Shown here: positions 1 through 5,228 of the stretch, one piece after another | Numbering within the stretch: the stretch's first letter is position 1 | Layout of the letters: each line of letters starts with the position of its first letter | DNA from: Chlamydiota bacterium | GTDB taxonomy: Bacteria; Auribacterota; JACPWU01 | Reading direction: 5' to 3' | Length of the DNA stretch: 6,296 bases | Assembly: GCA_016196885.1 (NCBI GenBank) | Contig: JACPWU010000048.1 | Location: 1 to 6,296, forward strand | Translations under genes and position numbers: made by a program | The notes under the pieces: generated by a model | The model's input: the letters and a program-made list of their open reading frames with translations, nothing else | Databases searched by the model: none | Told to the model about the DNA's origin: nothing

Positions 1-429
1 CATGGCTTTCGAGGCTTTGGAGGCGGCTTTTTGCGCGTTTCGAGCCTGCTCTTCCGCTTGTCTGGCCTGGTCTTCTGCTTCTTTGATTTGGTTTTTGAGT
101 CGTTCACCGTATTCAAAGCTGGTTTGGGTTCCGTATTGATCCAGTGTGACAATGTAGTCGGGATGTTCTATTTTTTCGGATGTTATATCTAGTGTTCTGA
201 GCTTGAGGAGAGGTTCATACTGGGTTTTTTTGGGTTTTTTTTGCAGGGTTTTTACTTTTCCCCCTATACGTTCTGGGGAGATAAATCCTTCTTTTGAGAT
301 TTCTGGGCTGATGATGCTTTGGAGGGGTTCGCTGGCAGCTTGGGTGTCATTAATGATGTCAAGAGGGAATCCCCAGAGGATTTGTTGAGCGATTAAGACG
401 ATGGCGAGAATGTGTTTGATGTTTTTCAA
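1..429 (-). CDS. Hypothetical secreted or membrane-anchored protein with a TTG start; the C-terminus is cut off by the window edge
   Basis: The minus-strand frame with codons at plus positions 3n-2..3n has no stop from 465 down to position 1. It has no in-frame ATG except at 3..1, so the ATG-only track misses it. TTG at 429..427 follows a G6 run (plus-strand C-run 434-439) with a 4-nt spacer. Translation: MKNIKHILAIVLIAQQILWGFPLDIINDTQAASEPLQSIISPEISKEGFISPERIGGKVKTLQKKPKKTQYEPLLKLRTLDITSEKIEHPDYIVTLDQYGTQTSFEYGERLKNQIKEAEDQARQAEEQARNAQKAASKASKAM... It has a hydrophobic N-terminal signal or anchor segment and a charged, coiled-coil-like tail. Confidence 0.5.
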   Translation of the reverse strand, partial: MKNIKHILAIVLIAQQILWGFPLDIINDTQAASEPLQSIISPEISKEGFISPERIGGKVKTLQKKPKKTQYEPLLKLRTLDITSEKIEHPDYIVTLDQYGTQTSFEYGERLKNQIKEAEDQARQAEEQARNAQKAASKASKAM

Positions 430-459
430 TATTCCCCCCGATAGGATTGAATGGGGTGG

Positions 460-468
460 ATTATATCA
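460..468 (-). promoter_or_regulatory. Candidate extended -10 promoter element (TGATATAAT) for the downstream TTG-start gene
   Basis: The minus strand reads TGATATAAT across 468..460, a perfect TGnTATAAT. It lies about 30 nt upstream of TTG 429 in the 77-nt gap after the integrase stop. No convincing -35 was seen. Confidence 0.3.
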
Positions 469-505
469 GAGGGTGAGGGGTTGTGCTTTATTTTTTTTAT
501 CGTTC

Positions 506-2131
506 TTATTTTCCTCTTCTTGCTTCTTTTTCTCTGGGATGGGTTTTTTCGTGTGCTTTTTTTAAGTCTAGGGGGAGGATTCGGGTGTAGATTTGGGTGC
601 TGGAGAGTGAGCGATGGCCCAGTTGCTCTTGGATGTGCCTGATGTCTGCATGGTTTTTGAGCATGCCTGTGGCACAACTGACTCGCCAGGAATGAGAGGA
701 GTAGGTTTTTCTCATGCCGCTTTTATGGCAGCATCGCCTCATGACGCTGTTGACGACTTTTCCAGAGATGGGGCCTCCTTTTTCTGATAGGAAGAGGAGT
801 CTCTCACATCCGCTTTGAGCTGCCATGTTGAGTCTGGTTTCATCCAGGTAGCGTTTGACCCAGTGGAGTGCGATTTCTCCGATGGGGATGATTCTTTGGA
901 ACGAGGGGCCTCCTTTGGGGTTTTCGATTTTTAGGAGGCCGTGTTCAAAGTCTATGTCTTCGATTCGGATGCTGGATGCTTCTCCGACTCGTGATCCTGT
1001 GGAGTACATGAGTTCAAAGATGGCTCTGTTACGAATGCCTGTGGGGCGGGTCATGTCGGGCGAATGGAGCAGGATTTTGATGTCTCGTTCGTTCATGAGC
1101 CGGGTGTGTAGCCCTTCCGTGTGTTTGGGCCAGGTCATTTTGCGAGTGGGATTGGTGAGGATTTGGTCTGTTCGCTCACACCAGTCCATGAAGGCTTTTA
1201 CGGCTCCTAGTTTGGCCCATTTTGTGGCGTCACTCCATTTTGTGTTTTCGTATATTTTGTTTCTGTATTTTTCTAGGACGCCCAGTGAGATTTGCTGGAT
1301 GTCTTCGATCCCAATTTCTGTGAGGTGTTGGAAGAATTTCTCAAGCTGATGCTTTTTCCCCAGAATGGTGCTCTTTCTTAATCTGATTCTTACCTCACTT
1401 AGGTGTTTGTCTAACGTGTCTTGCCAATGAGGAGAAGTGCAGGGTTTCTGGATGATTTCTTCTCGTGTGTCTTCACTGAATGCGTATTTGAACCCTCGAG
1501 TGGGATCATTCCCTCTATATCCATTTTGATGGCTCCATCGGATGAGGCTCTTTAGGAGGTGAAAGATTCGGGTGCGCCCCACACGATAGAGCAGTGTCCC
1601 AAAACGCTGTGCGGGGTAAAGGTCTAGCTCTTTTGCAATTTTTTCTAAAATTTCTCGATCCAAGGTCTGTAGTTTTGTCTCATATTTTGTGAGCAGTGTT
1701 TCGAGCTTTCTATATTGGGTGAATAGGAGTGGGATGTGAGCCAGTCTTTTCTTCCTTTTTCTGAAGGCGGTTAAATAGGCTCTTAAGATTTCTCGGTCAG
1801 TGTAGGATCTTTCTTTGATGGGCCGCTGGGTGAAGCGATACGGAAGGACTGGGCTTTCTTGAATGATGTCCCTGGATTTAAGGTAACGGTAGAAGTCTCT
1901 GACTCCCCTGACATATTCCCAGGCTGTGAGCCGATGATACCCTCGCTCTAAATAGAGATGTTCCCTGAATGAGTTGATGAAGAGGGCATCTACATGGATG
2001 CTGTCTTTGCCTTTGTCTTTTAAATATTCTAGGTAGTACCTTAGGCCCAGCTTGATGTGGTCATATGCTCCAGGTTTGTATTGGGTTTTTGTTTCTTCTA
2101 AAAATCTTTGGATGTGGTGTTCTGGTGACAT
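506..2131 (-). CDS. Tyrosine recombinase (phage integrase family), unusually long, with two N-terminal SAM-like core-binding domains
   Basis: 541-aa ORF. The C-terminal catalytic domain carries the canonical residues: Arg in YSTGSRVGEA, HxxR in HSWRVSCATG, LGH in EQLGHRSL, and the Tyr nucleophile in STQIYTRI. There are two SAM-like segments, at roughly aa 5-95 (..FYRYLKSRDIIQESP) and aa 255-335 (..FMDWCERTDQILTNP). A good SD (GGTAGAGGT) ends 8 nt upstream of the ATG. Confidence 0.95.
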   Translation of the reverse strand: MSPEHHIQRFLEETKTQYKPGAYDHIKLGLRYYLEYLKDKGKDSIHVDALFINSFREHLYLERGYHRLTAWEYVRGVRDFYRYLKSRDIIQESPVLPYRFTQRPIKERSYTDREILRAYLTAFRKRKKRLAHIPLLFTQYRKLETLLTKYETKLQTLDREILEKIAKELDLYPAQRFGTLLYRVGRTRIFHLLKSLIRWSHQNGYRGNDPTRGFKYAFSEDTREEIIQKPCTSPHWQDTLDKHLSEVRIRLRKSTILGKKHQLEKFFQHLTEIGIEDIQQISLGVLEKYRNKIYENTKWSDATKWAKLGAVKAFMDWCERTDQILTNPTRKMTWPKHTEGLHTRLMNERDIKILLHSPDMTRPTGIRNRAIFELMYSTGSRVGEASSIRIEDIDFEHGLLKIENPKGGPSFQRIIPIGEIALHWVKRYLDETRLNMAAQSGCERLLFLSEKGGPISGKVVNSVMRRCCHKSGMRKTYSSHSWRVSCATGMLKNHADIRHIQEQLGHRSLSSTQIYTRILPLDLKKAHEKTHPREKEARRGK

Positions 2132-2155
2132 TTTTTATACCTCTACCTTTTTCTC

Positions 2156-2268
2156 TCCAAGTTGTCCAAGATTTGTTTTCTAAAGATGACTCATCGTCTT
2201 ATCAATCACTTACATCTAAAAAAGAACTAAATATCTTGGATTCCAAGATTTTCCAAGATTCCAAGTTG
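2156..2268. repeat. Iteron-like TCCAAG repeat clusters flanking an AT-rich core, between the replication gene stop and the integrase start
   Basis: TCCAAGTTG occurs at 2156-2164 and 2260-2268. TCCAAGATT occurs at 2165-2173, 2242-2250 and 2252-2260; 2241-2260 is a 10-bp tandem TTCCAAGATT x2. ATCTTGGA-T-TCCAAGAT at 2233-2249 is a perfect 17-bp palindrome. The clusters bracket an AT-rich ~60-bp segment (2174-2232) that contains the palindrome GATGACTCATC (2185-2195). Confidence 0.8.
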
Positions 2269-2298
2269 TGAATAACTCGTGCTCGGATTTTTTGGACA

Positions 2299-4302
2299 TT
2301 ATTGCGCACATAGTTGATAGACTTTCCGCGTGGTTCTTCCGCTTCTTTTGAGGATGACATATTCCAGGTCTTCTAGTTGTCTCATTTGGCTTTTAACAAC
2401 GTGGTCCGGTAGGGCTGTCCACTTTCTGATGTCTCGGCGTGTGAATGTGAAGTCTTCGGTGGATAGTTCTTTTGCTTCTTCATTTACTTTCTTTTTGAGT
2501 AGATCGTAGAATTTGGCCAGGGGTTGCGGTAAGTCTAATACTATGTTGTTGAAGATGCCTCGCGTGAGGTCTCGAGCCATTTCATAATCTTTTAATGTGG
2601 CTTCGATGATTTGCCCCCCTCTTTCATCAATACCCCCTCTTATTTTAAGAGGGGCTTGGGGAGTTACTTCCCTAAAGGGGTCGGGGGAGTTATTTCCTCT
2701 TTGGTACTGATACAGGAGCGCTATGACTTTAATGAGGCTTAAAAATTTGTCGTAGTCTCGCCGACTCCTTAATGTCTGATACGGAAAGTCTATCTCTAGC
2801 TCGCGAGGGATTTTGACTGGATGCGCTTTAAGGAGCCTTTGTGCATTGTGATAGAGTCTCTTCAGTTTCTCTTCTTCCTCCAGGGTGATTCCCTCGCCTG
2901 AGGCCTTTTTCCTTTGTGATTCCTGGATTCTTTTGGTTTGTTCAATAGATTCATCAAGATAGAGCTCAAAGCAGCGATTTAGATTCTCTTCATTAATTTT
3001 CTCTTTGGTGGATGATTCCATGTAGGGGGTTCGGGCACTAAATTCTTTGAGATGGGTTTTCCATTCTCCTGTTTTGGGGTCTTTTCCAGATGCGGCAAGG
3101 GATAGTTTTCCCCTGGATTGTAGGCTTCGGATGGAGTAGTCGGCATCACTACTTCCATCCCGTTCATCTACCGCTACGATTTTTCCGTCTAACTCTTCTG
3201 GGCTCATGTAAAATAAACTCTGCGCTGTGATTCTTGTGAAGAAGTGCCATTCAGTTCGAGGGATAAATTGTAGGACGTATTCCATGAGTGTGGATTTTCC
3301 TCCTGCACTCCCCGATCGGACGATGGCGCTCGTGGGTTTGTCCATGAGTCTTGACGTTGCAATAAGGTAGAGGATTTTTTTGTTGGTTGATTCTCCTACA
3401 TAGCCCAGGCGGTCTAGGTCACTGGCCATGCGATCGAGAAGATTAGGGTCCTTCAATAATGTAAGAGCTTCTTCTTTCTCTTGTTCTGTCATCTCGTTTT
3501 GCTTCTCCTGACCGCTGAGTGCTGAATGCTGAACGCTCTCTTCTAACTCTTCCATCATCACTTCAAGATGCTCTTCCACTTGTGCTGACTGTAGACTCAG
3601 TCTCTCTGCTGCTTGATTTGAAAAGCTTCTCCGGGCCCTGGCGCTGTGGAGATCTGTTCTGTCTGTGAACTGTGAGTCTTGATGAGTGAGTTTCAAAATA
3701 ATCTTGAGATGATTCTTCGTGGCATTCTTTAAATCTTTGACTTGATATATGAGATCACCGTATTTAAAGGTCGCTTGATCTTCGCTTCGCTCGACAAGCT
3801 CGGATGATGGATCTTGGATGATGGATGGTGGATGAGAGGTAGTTTTGTTTTTTCCATGATCCACAATCCATGATCCATGATCCTCGCTGAGGGGCTTTAG
3901 AATTTCCCTCAACGATTCGCCATTCCCATTCAACTTCGGCATCGGACAAATGAGCTGCCTTAAATATTCCATCGCCCTTGGAAACGCCACTCCATGCGCA
4001 TGCTCAATAAAATCTATGATCGTTCCCCCGTGATGCCCTCCTTCACAGTTCCATAACCACACCCCCTTATCCTGATTCATCCTCAACCGAGGAGACCTCA
4101 ATTTATCCTCGTGGAATGGGCATGTCCCCTCATATTGACCATTGACCCATGATAGACGTACCCCTTTGTCTTTCATGATTTGGCGCAGGTCTAACATCTT
4201 CACTTGTTGGATTTCTTCAGGTGTGAACTTGTGGTAACCGTTATTGGATGGTACTTCGAGTAGCTCCTGCATATTGGCCCCCTTGTCTCTGTCTCCATTC
4301 AT
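2299..4302 (-). CDS. Replication protein: N-terminal CHC2-like zinc finger, central P-loop NTPase, probable C-terminal winged-helix domain (primase/helicase-like initiator)
   Basis: 667-aa ORF. The DnaG-type zinc finger motif is CPFHEDKLRSPRL...WNCEGGHHGGTIIDFI (about nt 4030-4122). Walker A is RSGSAGGKSTLMEY (nt 3289-3315). Walker B is KIVAVDERDG (nt 3157-3183). The C-terminus FTFTRRDIRKWTALPDHVVKSQMRQLEDLEYVILKRSG looks wHTH-like. An alternative start at ATG 4272 (MQELLEV..) has the better SD (AAGGGGG, 5-nt spacer). I could not recognise a TOPRIM or AEP catalytic motif. Confidence 0.9.
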   Translation of the reverse strand: MNGDRDKGANMQELLEVPSNNGYHKFTPEEIQQVKMLDLRQIMKDKGVRLSWVNGQYEGTCPFHEDKLRSPRLRMNQDKGVWLWNCEGGHHGGTIIDFIEHAHGVAFPRAMEYLRQLICPMPKLNGNGESLREILKPLSEDHGSWIVDHGKNKTTSHPPSIIQDPSSELVERSEDQATFKYGDLIYQVKDLKNATKNHLKIILKLTHQDSQFTDRTDLHSARARRSFSNQAAERLSLQSAQVEEHLEVMMEELEESVQHSALSGQEKQNEMTEQEKEEALTLLKDPNLLDRMASDLDRLGYVGESTNKKILYLIATSRLMDKPTSAIVRSGSAGGKSTLMEYVLQFIPRTEWHFFTRITAQSLFYMSPEELDGKIVAVDERDGSSDADYSIRSLQSRGKLSLAASGKDPKTGEWKTHLKEFSARTPYMESSTKEKINEENLNRCFELYLDESIEQTKRIQESQRKKASGEGITLEEEEKLKRLYHNAQRLLKAHPVKIPRELEIDFPYQTLRSRRDYDKFLSLIKVIALLYQYQRGNNSPDPFREVTPQAPLKIRGGIDERGGQIIEATLKDYEMARDLTRGIFNNIVLDLPQPLAKFYDLLKKKVNEEAKELSTEDFTFTRRDIRKWTALPDHVVKSQMRQLEDLEYVILKRSGRTTRKVYQLCAQ
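2615..2697. repeat. Hairpin plus direct repeats embedded in the replication gene
   Basis: CCCCTCTTA (2634-2642) and TAAGAGGGG (2646-2654) form a perfect 9-bp inverted repeat with a 3-nt loop. CCCCCTCTT also occurs at 2615-2623. GGGGAGTTACTTCC (2658-2671) and GGGGAGTTATTTCC (2684-2697) are 13/14 identical direct repeats. The encoded peptide (..NNSPDPFREVTPQAPLKIRGGIDERGGQ..) is low complexity. Confidence 0.7.
3801..3882. repeat. Converging arrays of 7-nt repeats inside the linker-coding part of the replication gene
   Basis: 3801-3835 is five exact-phase heptads: GGAT-GAT GGAT-CTT GGAT-GAT GGAT-GGT GGAT-GAG. 3853-3882 is four inverted heptads, ATG-ATCC ACA-ATCC ATG-ATCC ATG-ATCC, preceded by a degenerate TTCC. 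A T-rich spacer separates them (3836-3852). The arms can pair as an imperfect stem of about 30 bp. A 7-nt period is not a codon multiple. Confidence 0.8.
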
Positions 4303-4549
4303 TCAGTTCTCTTTGCCTCAAGAGATCGAACATTCGATCTTTGAGCCCATCAATCGCTTGGCGGTACTTCACCACATTCCCTGAAGCGATGCCCCTTCGA
4401 TACTCTTCCTTCAAGCCCTCCAGCCGATCCCCAATAAACACGAACACCACCGACTTTTTCTTCTGAGGGTGGGGGATCAAATCCTCCAACTCCATCCCTT
4501 GTGTTAAAAACCACGCCCCTTCATACAGGTCGGTTGTTAATATCTTCAT
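4241..4549 (-). CDS. Small DUF5659-like protein (mobile-element or phage-associated, function unknown)
   Basis: 102-aa ORF with a good SD (GGAGAAAG, 7 nt before the ATG). The pattern TTDLYEGAWFLTQGMEL..KKSVVFVF..L..LKEEYRRG.A.GNV.KYRQAIDGLKDRMF matches my recollection of the DUF5659 consensus (TxDLYLAAxL..G..L....V.FVF....Y..g.a.V....lK). The 3' end overlaps the replication ORF by 62 nt, or 32 nt if that ORF starts at 4272. Confidence 0.7.
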   Translation of the reverse strand: MKILTTDLYEGAWFLTQGMELEDLIPHPQKKKSVVFVFIGDRLEGLKEEYRRGIASGNVVKYRQAIDGLKDRMFDLLRQRELNEWRQRQGGQYAGATRSTIQ

Positions 4550-4691
4550 CTTCTTTCTCCATCTTGAGTTCTTCCAACATCTCTCGTATCTTCTCCATCG
4601 CTTCCTTGCAATATCCCCCCAACTCGACCCCCTTCCATAAAATGGTCATGGGATAGACCAGCCGGTTTGAAATCCTGTGAAGAAGTTCATC
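4521..4691 (-). CDS. Candidate small first gene of the minus-strand operon (56 aa, unknown function); frame uncertain
   Basis: The frame from ATG 4691 gives MNFFHRISNRLVYPMTILWKGVELGGYCKEAMEKIREMLEELKMEKEDEDINNRPV, which is helical and protein-like, and overlaps the DUF5659 start by 29 nt. A competing frame (ATG 4701 to TGA 4546, 51 aa, MEKDELLSQDFKPAGLSHDHFMEGGRVGG...) has GAGG 4 nt upstream and an ATGA overlap with the ATG at 4549. Its product is G/R/D-rich and looks like an off-frame translation. Both are under 60 aa and absent from the track. Confidence 0.35.
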   Translation of the reverse strand, partial: DELLHRISNRLVYPMTILWKGVELGGYCKEAMEKIREMLEELKMEKEDEDINNRPV

Positions 4692-4764
4692 CTTTTCCAT
4701 ATCGCCTCAACGATTTTTTTAACCTCTGTCAAGAGGGAAAATAACGCATTTTAAATGTAAATAT

Positions 4765-4792
4765 ATTATAGATATTATCTATATTCTGTCAA
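4765..4792 (-). promoter_or_regulatory. Consensus sigma70-type promoter for the minus-strand operon (small ORF, DUF5659-like gene, replication gene, possibly integrase)
   Basis: The minus strand reads TTGACA (4792..4787), a 16-nt spacer, then TATAAT (4770..4765). Both hexamers are perfect. The predicted start of transcription is near 4758, 55-70 nt upstream of the first candidate ORF. Confidence 0.65.
4767..4783. promoter_or_regulatory. Candidate operator: perfect 8-bp inverted repeat TATAGATA-T-TATCTATA
   Basis: The 17-bp palindrome lies in the spacer and overlaps the -10 of the consensus minus-strand promoter. A third half-site-like copy, AATCTATA (4797-4804), sits next to the plus-strand -10. 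The divergently transcribed XRE regulator is the obvious candidate binder. Confidence 0.5.
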
Positions 4793-4813
4793 CAAAAATC
4801 TATAACCTATCCT

Positions 4814-4819
4814 TATAAT
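4814..4819 (+). promoter_or_regulatory. Candidate -10 (TATAAT) for the XRE gene, implying a leaderless or near-leaderless transcript
   Basis: A perfect TATAAT at 4814-4819 overlaps the first ATG (4818). The second in-frame ATG (4827) lies 8 nt after the hexamer, where transcription would start. No SD-like purine run precedes either ATG, and the -35 is poor at a 16-18 bp spacing. Confidence 0.35.
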
Positions 4820-5216
4820 GATTACCATGAAAGCGGGAAGACCCTCTAAATCACAACGTACAGATTTCGGCGAACGATTGCACGGCTTGAGGCTTAATGC
4901 TGCCTTGTCTCAGCAACAGGTTGCTCAATCTCTTGGGATTTCACAGCCTTCTTATGCTCTTTGGGAAAGACGCAATGTATCGGTAACTCCGGATCAGCTC
5001 ATCAAATTAGCCAAGATTCTTGGAATCGATATCGAAGAGCTTTTCTTCGATTCTGATAAAGGTAAAAATTCTAGAAAAGGTTTGAGAGGACAAGCAAGAC
5101 GTACTTTCGAGATTCTCTCCAATATGCCAAGACACCAACAAAAGAAGGTCATTGATGTCGTCCAGGCTCTCATTTCGGCACAAAGTCAGCAAGTTAACAA
5201 TCACCCCATGCTATAA
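4818..5216 (+). CDS. XRE / Cro-CI family helix-turn-helix transcriptional regulator with a C-terminal extension
   Basis: 132-aa ORF. The classic HTH_3 pattern is FGERLHGLRLNAALSQQQVAQSLGISQPSYALWERRNVSVTPDQLIKLAKILGIDIEELF. The C-terminal ~55 aa (..GQARRTFEILSNMPRHQQKKVIDVVQALISAQ) resemble the tail seen in many phage or mobile-element XRE regulators. The true start may be ATG 4827 (MKAGRPSK..). Confidence 0.9.
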   Translation: MITMKAGRPSKSQRTDFGERLHGLRLNAALSQQQVAQSLGISQPSYALWERRNVSVTPDQLIKLAKILGIDIEELFFDSDKGKNSRKGLRGQARRTFEILSNMPRHQQKKVIDVVQALISAQSQQVNNHPML

Positions 5217-5228
5217 TCGAAAAACATC

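Noticed and set aside
203-677. Track ORFs 203..388 (+), 451..642 (+) and 426..677 (-)
   Set aside because: They overlap the TTG-start minus-strand gene, the integrase 3' end or the intergenic promoter region. Products are low complexity (poly-F/L, or P/K/R-rich from the T-rich strand). None has an SD or recognisable domains.
855-1349. 164-aa plus-strand ORF antisense to the integrase gene
   Set aside because: It lies entirely inside the strongly supported integrase CDS on the opposite strand. The translation is Ser/Met/Arg-rich with no motifs. It is a typical antisense shadow ORF.
2233-2268. Possible CRISPR-like or tandem repeat array (TTCCAAGATT x2 and relatives)
   Set aside because: The units are only 9-10 bp with no spacers of CRISPR size. 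The pattern fits protein-binding iterons, not a CRISPR array.
2065-2271. 68-aa plus-strand ORF spanning the integrase start and the TCCAAG repeat region
   Set aside because: It starts inside the integrase coding region on the opposite strand and reads straight through the iterons and AT-rich core. The open frame is better explained by the repeat DNA.
2979-3949. Track ORFs 2979..3167 (-) and 3764..3949 (-) inside the replication gene
   Set aside because: They are alternative frames of the same strand within a well-supported 667-aa CDS. The second is generated by the heptad repeat DNA.
4248-4466. 72-aa plus-strand ORF antisense to the DUF5659-like gene
   Set aside because: It is an antisense shadow of a CDS with a recognisable family pattern. 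The product is Ser/Pro/Phe-rich with no features.
5212-5217. TATAAT overlapping the XRE stop codon, as a possible internal promoter for the PIN gene
   Set aside because: The only -35-like hexamer (TTAACA, 5194-5199) is 12 nt away, which is too close. The ATG is 12 nt downstream, so a simple leaderless model does not fit either. Co-transcription with the XRE gene is the simpler reading.
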